In this document: piece by piece, positions 44,772 through 55,186 of the stretch | How positions within the stretch are numbered: the stretch's first letter is position 1 | Layout of the letters: every line of letters begins with the position of its first letter | DNA from: an uncultured Candidatus Rokubacteria bacterium | GTDB taxonomy: Bacteria > Methylomirabilota > Methylomirabilia > Rokubacteriales > CSP1-6 | DNA: 64,000 nucleotides | Direction: 5' to 3' | NCBI GenBank assembly: GCA_963747235.1 | Contig: CAVVEU010000033.1 | Location: forward strand, 96,001-160,000 | Program-made: the position numbers and the translations under genes | The notes under the pieces: generated by a model | Databases searched by the model: none | What the model was told of the DNA's origin: nothing | What the model saw: the letters and a program-made list of their open reading frames with translations, nothing else

Positions 44772-46304
44772 ATGCGCGAAAGACACGCAGCATCCCGGCC
44801 GGTAGGCCGACGGCAGTTCCTGACCCTGAGCGCGGCCGGCCTGGCCGCGGCCGGGCTTCCGCGCGCCGCCCGCGCGCAGGGCAAGCGGAGCGGTGAGCTG
44901 GTCGCCGGGCTGTCCGAGCGCATGCTGACGCTCGATCCGGCCAATCACTACTCGATCTCGTCCACCTCGGTGCACCGGCACATGTTCGATCCGCTGGTGG
45001 ACGTCACCAACGACTCGAAGTTCGTGCCCGCCCTGGCCGAGTCCTGGCGCGCGGTCAACAACACCACGTGGCGCTTCCAGCTCCGGAAGGGCGTCACCTT
45101 CCACGACGGCACCCCGTTCAACGCGGACAGCGTGCTCTACACGCTCCGGCGCGTGAAGGACAACACCAAGCTCATCAAGTCCTTCGTCTACCAGGACATC
45201 GAATCGGTGGAGAAGGACGGGGACTACGCGGTACTGGTGACGTCGAAGCGGCCGTTCGGCTCGCTGCCCGCGCATCTCACCATGCTCGGCATGCTGCCCG
45301 CGCACGCGGCGAAGAACGAGGACGCGTTCTTCCAGAAGCCGATCGGCACCGGGCCGTTCCGCTTCGTGTCGTGGACGCACGGCGATCACATCATCCTCTC
45401 GGCCAACCCGAGCTACTGGAAGCCCGCCCAGCCGCGGGTCGAGAAGGTCACCTTCCGCTTCATCCCCGAGCTGTCCACCCGGGCCGCGGGCCTGCGCGCG
45501 GGCGAGATCCACGTGGTCGACCGCATCACCCCCGACCTGGTCGAGACGCTCAAGAGCAGCCGCGGCGTGAAGGTGTTCGACGTGCCCGCGGTCGAGGCGC
45601 AGCGCTGGATCTTCCAGCTCGCCAAGGAGCCGGTGAAGGACGCGCGGCTCCGGCAGGCGATCTCGCTGGCCATCGACCGGAACGTGATCATCAAGGACCT
45701 GCTGCTGGGCTACGGGCGGCCGGTGGACAGCCCCGTCCCGCCCGGGCTGATCGGCCACACCAGCCTGCCCGCCAAGGTCTACGATCCCGAGAAGGCGCGC
45801 CAGATCCTGAAGCAGGCGGGCTACACCAACGTGTCGCTCGACTTCGTGCTCATGAAGGATCTCTACCCGAAGCAGCTCGAGATCACCCAGGCGGTGGCCG
45901 CGATGCTGGGCGAGGTCGGCATCAAGGTCAACATCAAGAACCTCGAGATCGCGACCGCGCGGGAGCACCGGAGCGCGGGAACGTACGACATGTTCTTCTC
46001 GGGCTGGGCCCACATGCCGCACGATCCGGACTGGTACTTCGGCCAGTGGTTCACCCGGGCGGGCGCCGAGAAGCTCACCCGCTACAACAACCCGCGCGTG
46101 GAGCAGCTCATCGCGGAGGGCCGGGTGCCGGATCCGAAGGTGCGGCAGGCCAAGTACGAGGAGCTCGAGCGCATCCTGTGGGACGAGGACGCCGAGATCT
46201 GGCCCTACTACAGCGTGGCGATCTACGGAGTCAGCGATCGGCTGCGCAACTTCGAGCCGCGCCGGGACTACTACGTCCTGCTGAGTGACGTCGCGATCGC
46301 GTAG
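44772..46304 (+). CDS. ABC substrate-binding protein, family 5, Tat-exported
   Basis: GRRQFL twin-arginine leader, LRKGVTFHDGTPF, PIGTGPF; AGGAGG RBS. Confidence 0.92.
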   Translation: MRERHAASRPVGRRQFLTLSAAGLAAAGLPRAARAQGKRSGELVAGLSERMLTLDPANHYSISSTSVHRHMFDPLVDVTNDSKFVPALAESWRAVNNTTWRFQLRKGVTFHDGTPFNADSVLYTLRRVKDNTKLIKSFVYQDIESVEKDGDYAVLVTSKRPFGSLPAHLTMLGMLPAHAAKNEDAFFQKPIGTGPFRFVSWTHGDHIILSANPSYWKPAQPRVEKVTFRFIPELSTRAAGLRAGEIHVVDRITPDLVETLKSSRGVKVFDVPAVEAQRWIFQLAKEPVKDARLRQAISLAIDRNVIIKDLLLGYGRPVDSPVPPGLIGHTSLPAKVYDPEKARQILKQAGYTNVSLDFVLMKDLYPKQLEITQAVAAMLGEVGIKVNIKNLEIATAREHRSAGTYDMFFSGWAHMPHDPDWYFGQWFTRAGAEKLTRYNNPRVEQLIAEGRVPDPKVRQAKYEELERILWDEDAEIWPYYSVAIYGVSDRLRNFEPRRDYYVLLSDVAIA

Positions 46305-46364
46305 CCGGGGGCCGGGCTTCGCGCGGGCCGGCGGGCAACCGCGTGCGGCCCGGGACCCCTCGAA

Positions 46365-47286
46365 ATGAGGGCGTATGCCCTCCGCCGGCTCGGCCAGGCG
46401 GCCCTGACGCTCCTCGGCGTCTCGGTCCTGGTCTTCGTCGTCCTCCGCGTCCTGCCCGGCGACCCGGCCAAGATGCTGCTCCCGGAGGGCGCGCCGCAGT
46501 CCGCGGTGGACGAGCTGAACCGGCATCTCGGGCTGCACGAGCCGCTCCACGTGCAGTACGCCATCTTCATCCGGAGCGTCTTCCGCGGCGACTTCGGCCA
46601 GTCCTTCCAGTACCGGGCGCCCGCGCTGCAGGTCGTCACCGAGCGGCTCGCCGCCACCGTCCAGCTCGCGCTGGCCGCCATGTTCCTCACCGGCGCGGTC
46701 GGCGTCTCGCTCGGCATCGTGGCCGCGGTCCGGCGGGGCACGCGCTACGACTATCGCGAGCACGCTCCTCGCGGTGCTCGGCCAGTCGCTGCCGAACTTC
46801 TGGCTCGGCATCATGCTGATCCTGCTCTTCGGGGTCGCGCTGCGCTGGCTGCCCACCTCCGGCTTCGAGAGCTGGCGCCACCTCATCCTGCCCGCGGTGA
46901 CCCTGGCCGCGTTCCCGATGGCCCTGGTGGCCCGCCTCACCCGCTCCAGCATGCTGGAGATCCTCGGGCGCGACTACATCCGCACCGGCCGCGCCAAGGG
47001 CCTGGCCGAGCGGGCGGTGGTGCTCCGGCACGCGCTGCGGAACGCGGCGGTGCCGGTGCTCACGGTGCTCGGGCTGCAGATCGGCACCCTGCTGGGCGGC
47101 GCGGTCATCACCGAGTCGGTGTTCGCGTGGCCCGGCATGGGCAAGCTGGTGGTGGACGCGATCTTCTTCCGCGACTTCCCGGTGGTGCAGACCGTGCTGA
47201 TCTTCTCGGCCACCATCTTCGTGCTGATCAACCTGCTGGTGGACCTGCTCTACACCGTGATCGATCCGCGGATCCGCTACTCGTGA
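46365..47286 (+). CDS. ABC permease (OppB/NikB-type; frameshift near 46755)
   Basis: PGDPA, GDFGQS, PNFWLG, RHALRNA, GAVITESVFAWPG, DPRIRY. Confidence 0.85.
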
Positions 47287-48143
47287 GCGACCTCGCGGCC
47301 GCGCCCGCGACGTTTCACCCGCGCCGCTTCAACGCGACCACGGTGATCGGCGGGCTCCTGCTCGCGCTCACCGTCCTCGCCAGCGCCTTTGCCCCGGTGC
47401 TCACGCCCGCCGACCCGGTGAAGCCGCAGTTCAGCCGGCGGCTCGCCCCGCCCTGGGGGCTCGGGGGCACGCCGGCGCACGTCCTGGGCACCGACAACCT
47501 CGGCCGCGACATCCTCGCGCGCCTGCTGCACGGCGGCCGGATCTCGCTCGCCCTCGCCGCGATCTCGGTCCTCATCGCGGCCGCGGTGGGCATCGTGGTC
47601 GGGCTCGTGGCGGGCTCCGGCGGCGAGCGCGTCGACGCGCTGTTCATGCGCCTGGCCGACGTCCAGCTCGCGCTGCCCGTCATCATGCTGGCGATCGCGA
47701 TCGTGGCGGTGGTGGGCACGAGCCCGGCCGCGCTGGTCGGCGTGCTCGCGCTGAGCGGCTGGGTGCTCTACGCGCGGACGGTCCGCGCCAACGTCCTCTC
47801 GATCCGCCGCCTCGAGTACGTGGAGGCCGCCTACACCCTCGGCGCCAGCGACCTCCGGATCATCGCCCGGCACATCCTGCCCAACACCCTCGCCCCGATC
47901 CTCGTGATCGGCTCGAGCCAGTTCGCCACGATGGTCCTGCTCGAGTCGGGTCTGAGCTTTCTCGGGATGGGGATCCAGGCGCCGCAGCCGTCCTGGGGGC
48001 TCATGCTCTCGGAGGGCCGCGACTATCTCTCGAACGCGTGGTGGCTCGCGACGGTGCCCGGGCTGACGATCTCGCTCGTCGTCCTGGGGGCCAACCTGCT
48101 GGGCGACGGGCTGCGGGATCTGCTCGACCCGCGGCTCGGCTAG
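47283..48143 (+). CDS. ABC permease (OppC-type)
   Basis: LGTDNLGRD, RHILPN, ESGLSFLGMG, LRDLLDP. Confidence 0.9.
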   Translation: MSDLAAAPATFHPRRFNATTVIGGLLLALTVLASAFAPVLTPADPVKPQFSRRLAPPWGLGGTPAHVLGTDNLGRDILARLLHGGRISLALAAISVLIAAAVGIVVGLVAGSGGERVDALFMRLADVQLALPVIMLAIAIVAVVGTSPAALVGVLALSGWVLYARTVRANVLSIRRLEYVEAAYTLGASDLRIIARHILPNTLAPILVIGSSQFATMVLLESGLSFLGMGIQAPQPSWGLMLSEGRDYLSNAWWLATVPGLTISLVVLGANLLGDGLRDLLDPRLG

Positions 48144-48144
48144 C

Positions 48145-49083
48145 CTAGGGCCGGCGGATCAGGGGGGCGAAGCGCTCCATGCGCTCGAGGCTCTCGGCGA
48201 GGCTCTCGCTGCGGAAGTCGAAGATCAGCTCGCTCACCCCGAGCCCGGCGAAGGTGCCGATGTCGTCGGCGATGGCCTGCTGGCTCCCCGAGAACGGCCG
48301 CCGCTCCGCGCCCCCGTCCACCCCCTGCCCCGGGTCGTAGATCGGCGCCTTGTAGGAGATGGTGAGCGTCGAGAAATCGCGCCGCTCCGCGTCCGTGAGG
48401 CGACGCAGATCGTCGAGCGACGCGCGCAGCTCGGGCGGGCGCAGCGGGACGGCCGGGTTGGCCCCGACCGGATGCCAGCCGTCGCCGAGGCGGGCGACGC
48501 GGCGCAGCGCGGCCTTGCTGTGGCCGCCCACCCAGATCGGCGGGTGCGGCTTCTGCGCGGGATGCGGCAGGCACCGCACGGAGTCGAAGCGGTAGAACTC
48601 GCCGTGATACGACGCCGGGTCCTGCGTCCACAGCGCCTTGAAGATGCGCAGGTACTCGTCGCTCACCGCGCCGCGGCGGTCGAAGTCGGGCGCGCCGAGC
48701 GCCTCGAACTCCTCGCGCAGCCAGCCGACGCCGACGCCCACCGTGACGCGCCCGCGGGAGAGCACGTCGATGGTGGCGAGCATCTTGGCGGTCACCACCG
48801 GGTTGCGGTGCGGCAGGATCATCACGCTGCTGATGAGCCGCAGGGTGCGCGACTTGCCCGCGACGAAGGCCATCAGCGAGAGCTGCTCGAGCGCGTCGCC
48901 CTGCCCGGGGAAGGCGCCGCTCACCGTGTACGGATACTTCGACTTGATCGTGACCGGGAACACGATGTGGTCCGCGATCACCACCGAGGAGAACCCGAGC
49001 GCCTCCGCGCGCGCGACCAGGGTCTCGAGCGACTCCGGCGAGGCGGTCTGGCCGCGCGTGGGGAGGTAGAAGCCGTATCGCAT
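48145..49083 (-). CDS. LLM class, probable F420-dependent oxidoreductase
   Basis: ADHIVFP, YPY, PHRNPV, SRGRVTVGVGVGW, PHPPIWVGG, GDGWHP. Confidence 0.9.
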   Translation of the reverse strand: MRYGFYLPTRGQTASPESLETLVARAEALGFSSVVIADHIVFPVTIKSKYPYTVSGAFPGQGDALEQLSLMAFVAGKSRTLRLISSVMILPHRNPVVTAKMLATIDVLSRGRVTVGVGVGWLREEFEALGAPDFDRRGAVSDEYLRIFKALWTQDPASYHGEFYRFDSVRCLPHPAQKPHPPIWVGGHSKAALRRVARLGDGWHPVGANPAVPLRPPELRASLDDLRRLTDAERRDFSTLTISYKAPIYDPGQGVDGGAERRPFSGSQQAIADDIGTFAGLGVSELIFDFRSESLAESLERMERFAPLIRRP

Positions 49084-49096
49084 GGGGTGGCCGCCT

Positions 49097-50092
49097 CTAC
49101 TTGAAGTGCGGCATCACCTTCTTGGCCATGAGGTCGATCTGGGCCGGATCGTCCGTCACCGGCCCCAGCACGAGGTACTTGAGCCCCGCCTTCACCAGGT
49201 CGTCGATGCGCGTGTTGATGTGATCGATCGACCCGATCATGTACGACTCCTGCAGGTGCTCGTAGGTCCGGTGCGTGCCCATCGTCTTGATGAAGGGCGC
49301 CCTGGAGGCGGCCACCGCCTTGGCGTGGCTCGGCGTGTCCACCAGGTGGATGAAGTTGCAGTGCCCGAAGGTGAGCTTCTTCGGATCGCGGCCGAGCGTC
49401 TTCGCGTGCTGCTGCAGCAGCCCCCAGTCCCGCTTCACCCAGTCCTGCGTGCCCGAGCAGCGCGAGAGCCAGTTGCCCGCCTTCACGATGCGGTCCATCA
49501 CGGTGGTCGCGATGACCGGCACGTCGTGCTCGCCCGGATCCGGCACGCGCGAGCCGCCGGAGACCCAGATCTTCGGCATCTTCGGGGGCCGCGGGTCGAT
49601 GGTGACGTCGTCGAAGTGGTAGTACTTGCCGTGGTAGCTCGCGTTCGGCTTCGTCAGCAGCAGGGTCACCGCCTCGATGATCTCGTCGGTCCGCTTGCCG
49701 CGCTCCTGGATGCGGGAGCCGGTCACCTCGTACTCGCGCGCGTACCAGCCGGGGCCCACCCCGAACACGTAGCGGTTGTTCGAGAGGTGGCAGAGGGTCG
49801 AGATCTCCTTGGCCAGCAGCACCGGGTGGCGCACCGGCAGCACCAGGATGCCGGTGGCGATGTCCACCTTCGAGGTCAGCGCCGCCGCGTAGGCGAGCGA
49901 GGAGAGCGGCTCGAGCCAGGCATTGCCGTAGAGGCCGGGCGCGGACAGCAGGTGGTCGATCACCCACACGTCGATGCCGTACTTCTCGCACTTCACGATG
50001 GACTCGCGGATCCGCTGCATGTTCTTCGGATCCGTCTTCTTGCCGCTCCACGCGTAGGTGGGGATCCACGCCCCGAACTTGAGCTTGGCCAT
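49097..50092 (-). CDS. LLM class oxidoreductase
   Basis: WVIDHLL, LEPLSSLAYAAA, LPVRHPV, GVGPGW, IWVSGG. Confidence 0.88.
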   Translation of the reverse strand: MAKLKFGAWIPTYAWSGKKTDPKNMQRIRESIVKCEKYGIDVWVIDHLLSAPGLYGNAWLEPLSSLAYAAALTSKVDIATGILVLPVRHPVLLAKEISTLCHLSNNRYVFGVGPGWYAREYEVTGSRIQERGKRTDEIIEAVTLLLTKPNASYHGKYYHFDDVTIDPRPPKMPKIWVSGGSRVPDPGEHDVPVIATTVMDRIVKAGNWLSRCSGTQDWVKRDWGLLQQHAKTLGRDPKKLTFGHCNFIHLVDTPSHAKAVAASRAPFIKTMGTHRTYEHLQESYMIGSIDHINTRIDDLVKAGLKYLVLGPVTDDPAQIDLMAKKVMPHFK

Positions 50093-50117
50093 GAGGCCTC
50101 CTTTCGAGTCGGGCATC

Positions 50118-50170
50118 ACCCTAGGTGCGCGCGCGGGCGATGTCAAGGCCGCGGCGCGCGGTGCTATACT
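50118..50170. promoter_or_regulatory. Divergent sigma70 promoters
   Basis: Minus: TTGACA-17-TAGGGT (50146-50118); plus: extended -10 TGcTATACT (50162-50170). Confidence 0.55.
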
Positions 50171-50232
50171 CGGCGCGCTCCGGCCGCCATCCAGGCGGCC
50201 GGCTGCTCGGGAGCCCGTTGTTCCAGGAGGAC

Positions 50233-51805
50233 ATGGCGATGAGACGGAGACGATTCTGGTCGGGTTTGGCCCTGGCGCTTCTCGTGGTGCTGACCGCCGG
50301 GGCGCCGACCGCGCCCGCGCAGTCGGCGAACACGCTGGTGGTCGGGCTGGTGGCGGAGCCGGTGGCGCTCGACCCGGCCCAGGTCACCGACCTCAACTCC
50401 AACCGCGTGGGCCGGCGGGTCGTGGAGACCCTGGTCGCCTTCGCGGACGAGTCCACCCAGATCGTGCCCGGGCTCGCCGAGTCCTGGACGATCTCGAAGG
50501 ACGGGCTCACCTACACCTTCAAGCTCCGCAAGGGGATCGCCTTCCACGACGGCACCCCGTTCAACGCCGCGGCGGTCAAGTTCTCCATCGAGCGGCAGAT
50601 CAACCCGGAGCATCCGGCCAACAAGCTCGGCAAGTATCCCTTCGCCGCCTACTTCTTCGGCAACGTCAAGGCGGTCGAGGCGATGGACGACAGCACGGTG
50701 CGCTTCGTCTTGAAGGAGCCGCGCGCGTCGTTCCTCGCGGTCATGACCGCGGGGGCCGCGTCCATCGTGAGCCCGACCGCGGCGATGAAGTCCGGCCAGG
50801 ACTACGCGGTGACCCCGGTCGGCACCGGCCCCTTCAAGTTCGCGTCCTGGGACCGCGGCCAGCGCGTGGTGCTGGAGAAGAACCCGAGCTACTGGCGCTA
50901 CCCGGTCAAGGTGGACCGGGTCATCTTCCGGCCCGTCACCGAGGACCAGGCGCGGCTCACCGAATTGCTCACCGGCGGGCTCGACCTGATCGTGGGCACG
51001 CCGCCCGACTTCGTGGCCCAGCTCGAGAACCATCCGAAGGTGACGCTCCAGAAGCAGGTGGGCGCGCACGTCTGGTACCTCGGGCTCAACAACACCAAGA
51101 AGCCCTTCGACGACAAGCGTGTCCGCCAGGCGCTGAACTACGCGGTCAACAAGGACGCGATCGTCCGCGACGTGCTGAAGGGCACCGGCTCGATCTCCAA
51201 GGGCCCGGTGCTGCCCGGCACCTGGGGCGACGAGGCGCGGGCTCAAGCCGTTCCCCTACGATCCCGAGAAGGCGAAGAAGCTCCTGGCCGAGGCCGGGCT
51301 GCCGAGCGGCTTCTCCACCACGCTCTGGGTGCCGGAGTCGGGCTCGGGCATGCAGTCGCCGGTGGCCATGAGCACGATCATCCAGTCGAACCTGAAGGCG
51401 GTGGGCGTGAACGTGACGCTCCAGACCATGGAGTGGGGCACGTTCCTCGCCAAGCTCCGCACCAAGGAGCAGGACATGTTCGCCCTGTCCTGGATGGCGG
51501 GCTCGGAGGATCCGGATCTCGTGATGTACCCGCTGCTGCACTCGAGCCAGTGGACGCCGGTGGGCCCGAACCGCGCCATGTACAAGAACACGCGCCTCGA
51601 CGAGGTGCTCGCCCAGGCGCGCCTGGTGACCGACCAGGCCAAGCGGGCCGAGCTCTACCGCGAGGCGCAGCGCCTGCTCCACGACGATCCGCCGTGGATC
51701 TTCATCGACCACGAGGTGCAGACCGCGGCCTTCGCCAAGCGGGTGCAGGGCTTCAAGCTGCACCCGAGCTTCGACCTGCGCGTGGAGACGATCTCGCTGA
51801 AGTAG
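50233..51805 (+). CDS. ABC substrate-binding protein, family 5 (DppA-like; frameshift near 51240)
   Basis: PGLAESW, LRKGIAFHDGTPF, PVGTGPFKF, VRQALNYAVN; C-terminus in ORF 51329..51805. Confidence 0.88.
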
Positions 51806-51824
51806 CCGGTAGCCGGAACCCCCG

Positions 51825-52775
51825 GTGAGCCGCTACCTCCTCCGTCGCCTGCTCCTGCTGGTGCCGGTGCTGCTCGGCGTCTCGGTGGTGGTCTTCCTCG
51901 TCCTGCATCTCTCGCCGGGCGATCCGGCCGAGATCATGCTGGGCTCGCAGGCCACCCAGGAGGACGTCGCCCGCCTGCGCGCCTCGCTCGGCCTCGACGA
52001 GCCGCTGCCGATGCAGTACGTGCGCTGGATGGGCCACGTGCTGCAGGGCGATCTCGGCCGCTCGATCCGGATGCGGCAGCCGGTGCTGGGCGAGGTGCTG
52101 ATCCGCTTCCGGGCCACCCTGCTGCTCACCGCCACCGCGCTCCTGCTCTCCACGGTGGGCGGCGTCACCCTCGGCGTGCTCTCCGCCTCGCGCCCGCACT
52201 CGCTGGTGGACCGGCTCAGCACGGTCGGCTCGATCTTCGGCGCGAGCATGCCGAGCTTCTGGCTGGGCCTCGTCCTGATGGTGTGCTTCTCGCTCTGGCT
52301 CGGCTGGCTGCCCGCCTCCGGCATGTACTCGGCCCACGGCGGCGGCGGGCTGGGCGACCTGCTCGCCCACCTGGCCCTGCCCGCGATCACCCTGGCCGCC
52401 GCGTCCATGACGATCATCGCGCGGCTCACCCGCTCCACCCTGCTCGACATCCTCCGCCAGGACTTCGTGCGCACCGCGCGGGCCAAGGGGCTGGTCGAGC
52501 GCGCGGTGATCCTGCGCCACGCCCTCCGCAACGCGCTGATCCCGACCGTGACCGTGGTCGGGGTGCAGGCGGGCTACCTGCTGGGCGGCGCCATCTTCAC
52601 CGAGACCGTCTTCGCGTGGCCGGGCGTGGGGACGCTGATGATCCAGGGCATCCTCGCGCGCGACTTCCCGCTCGTGCAGGGCTGCGTGCTGGTCATCGCG
52701 CTCGTCTTCGTCTTCTTCAACCTCGCGGTGGATCTGCTCTACGCGGTGCTCGATCCGCGCATCCGGTACGAATGA
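51825..52775 (+). CDS. ABC permease (DppB-type)
   Basis: PGDPA, GDLGRS, PSFWLG, DFVRTARAKG, DPRIRY. Confidence 0.92.
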   Translation: MSRYLLRRLLLLVPVLLGVSVVVFLVLHLSPGDPAEIMLGSQATQEDVARLRASLGLDEPLPMQYVRWMGHVLQGDLGRSIRMRQPVLGEVLIRFRATLLLTATALLLSTVGGVTLGVLSASRPHSLVDRLSTVGSIFGASMPSFWLGLVLMVCFSLWLGWLPASGMYSAHGGGGLGDLLAHLALPAITLAAASMTIIARLTRSTLLDILRQDFVRTARAKGLVERAVILRHALRNALIPTVTVVGVQAGYLLGGAIFTETVFAWPGVGTLMIQGILARDFPLVQGCVLVIALVFVFFNLAVDLLYAVLDPRIRYE

Positions 52776-53629
52776 TCGCGCGCGCGGCGCTCGGCGGCAC
52801 GCAGGCACGGCGCGCGCCCCGCAATCGCCTCGCGTGGGCCGCCGCCGCCGTCATGGCCGCCGCGGTGCTGGCCGCCCTGCTCGCGCCCGTCCTGCCCCTG
52901 ATCGATCCCGACGCGGTGGACACCCCGAACCGGCTCCGGCCGCCCGGCGCCGCCGGGCACTGGCTCGGCACCGACGAGTTCGGCCGCGACATGCTGGCCC
53001 GCCTGGTGTGGGGCGCGCGCATCTCGCTGCTGGCCGGCGTGGGCACCGCCACCGCCTCGATGCTGATCGGGGTGCTGCTGGGCGTGCACGCGGGCTACTG
53101 GGGCGGGCGGGTGGACACGGTGGTGATGCGCCTGACCGACATCCTGATGGCCTTCCCCTACATCCTGCTCGCCATCGCCATCGTGGCCGGCCTCGGGCCC
53201 GGCCTCACCAACGCGATGGTGGCCATCGCGATCGTGGGCTTCCCGATCTACGCGCGACTCGCGCGCGGCGTCGTGCTCTCGCTGCGCGAGCGCGAGTTCG
53301 TGGAGGCGGCGCGCGCGCTCGGCAGCACCGACCGCCTGATCCTGCGCCGCCACCTGCTCCCCCACCTGCTGGCCCCCGTGGTGGTGGCGTTCAGCCTCGA
53401 CGTCGGCGCGAAGATCCTCGCCACCGCGGGGCTGTCGTTCCTCGGGCTCGGCACCCAGCCGCCGACCGCGGACTGGGGGAGCATGCTCGCGACCGCGCGC
53501 ACCTTCGTGATCCTGAGCCCGCACGTGGCGCTGCTGCCGGGGCTGGCCATCTTCCTGGTGGTGCTGTCGCTGAACATCCTCGGCGACGCGCTGCAGGACT
53601 ACCTCGACCCGCGCATGCGGCACGGGTGA
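52772..53629 (+). CDS. ABC permease (DppC-type)
   Basis: HWLGTDEFGRD, EFVEAARALG, LSFLGLG, LDPR. Confidence 0.9.
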   Translation: MIARAALGGTQARRAPRNRLAWAAAAVMAAAVLAALLAPVLPLIDPDAVDTPNRLRPPGAAGHWLGTDEFGRDMLARLVWGARISLLAGVGTATASMLIGVLLGVHAGYWGGRVDTVVMRLTDILMAFPYILLAIAIVAGLGPGLTNAMVAIAIVGFPIYARLARGVVLSLREREFVEAARALGSTDRLILRRHLLPHLLAPVVVAFSLDVGAKILATAGLSFLGLGTQPPTADWGSMLATARTFVILSPHVALLPGLAIFLVVLSLNILGDALQDYLDPRMRHG

Positions 53630-53647
53630 GATCGGGCGGGCGGGGCG

Positions 53648-55037
53648 CTAGAAGGAGACGACCTTGAGGCGCACGAGGCCGAAGACGCCGCGCGCGGAGC
53701 CGTCGCGGTACACCGAATCGTCGTACCGCTCGTAGCCGGCCTGGAAGGACAGGCTGGTCGGCCCGCCCAGGAGCCGGCCGAGCCCGCACGAGAGCCCCCC
53801 GCTCAGGCTCATCGTCCGCCCGTCCACGGTGCCGTCGCTGGCCTGCGAGGCGGTGTAGGCGCCGAGGGTCCACAGCTTCCACCAGCTCGCGGGCGGTCCG
53901 TAGGACAGCAGCAGCGAGGCCGAGGTGGTATTGGCTGCGCGTGTCCGACCATTCATAGCGATCGAGGCCGGTGCTCACGGCCGGCGCGATCACCAGGGAC
54001 TCGAGCGGCCGCAGCGTGAGGCGCAGATCGTGGTACAGCATGGTCATCGTGTGATCGGGCTGCGCCACGTCGCGGCTCGTGATGTAGGTGGAGGAGCCCG
54101 AGACGTCCCAGCGCGGCGCGCCATAGTAGATGCTGCCGGACATGCTGTCGAAGGTCTGCTCCTCGGTGGACCGCGGAAGACCGTCGCCGTTCAGCCACAC
54201 CCGCTCCGAATCGCCGTTGGCATAGGTCAGCCCGAGGATCGGCCAGCCCCGCGGCGCGAGCTGCGCGCTGATCGCGGTCTGGGCGCGGGTGGTGCGGGGC
54301 AGCGCCGGGTTGCGGTCCACGTTGTCGGCCAGCTCGGACTGCGACAGGCGCAGGCGCACGAGGCCCAGGCGCTGCGCGACCCAGAGCTCGGTGCCCTCCC
54401 GGTCTCGCTGCGACGCCGGCCCGGTCACCAGGCGCTCGAACCGCTTGCCGACCGAGCGGTACTCGGCGCCGCCCTCGAAGTCGCTGACCGAGCCCTTGAG
54501 GCCCAGGGAGATCGGCTCCTCCTGCTCCTCGAGCCCGAGGCCGAAGGCCGCGCCGGGCGACACCACCGGCCCATAGCCGAGGCCGCCCTCCGGGCGAGAG
54601 GCCGCGAGGCTCGGCGGAACGTAGGCGACCGCGCCGTAGGCGGTGACCTTGGCCTCCTGCGGCCGGGACGCGGCGGCGGCGCCGAAGCGCATCAGGTGCC
54701 AGCGCTCGCCCTTGCCCAGCAGCACGCGGAGGTCGCTCGAGTCGTCCTCGCCGGTGGACCGCAGCGTGAGCGGATCGGACTGGACCGCGGCGGTGGGCGC
54801 GTCGCGGAGCAGCACCGCGCTCATGTCGCTCAGGCCCGAGTCGTCGCGCGGGCGATCCTCCAGCGGCCGGCCCAGGCGCGAGGCGAAGAGCCACGGGGGC
54901 AGGTCGCGCGGACGCTCCTCGATCCGGGGCTCCTCGGAGCGAGCGTCCTCGAGCCACTGCGATTCGCCGGCCGCAACGGAGGGCAGCGCGATCGCGATCA
55001 AGGTGGCCAGAGCGAGCAACGGGCGGGTGATGATCAT
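53648..55037 (-). CDS. Hypothetical protein, probable outer-membrane beta-barrel (frameshift near 53930)
   Basis: Signal peptide; alternating polar/hydrophobic strands rich in G/S/T/Y; reconstructed C-terminus GLVRLKVVSF ending in Phe. Confidence 0.55.
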
Positions 55038-55186
55038 GCGGGTTCCTGCGTCGTCGTACTTCCAAGTCTACGACCGCGGGTAATTTCCCACCAAGCTTTG
55101 CCGCGCCCGCGCGGCGCACTGCGTAATGTTCGTGTATAGTCCAGCCGATCTCACCGCCGTCATGAACGAAATCGAGGAGGACGACG

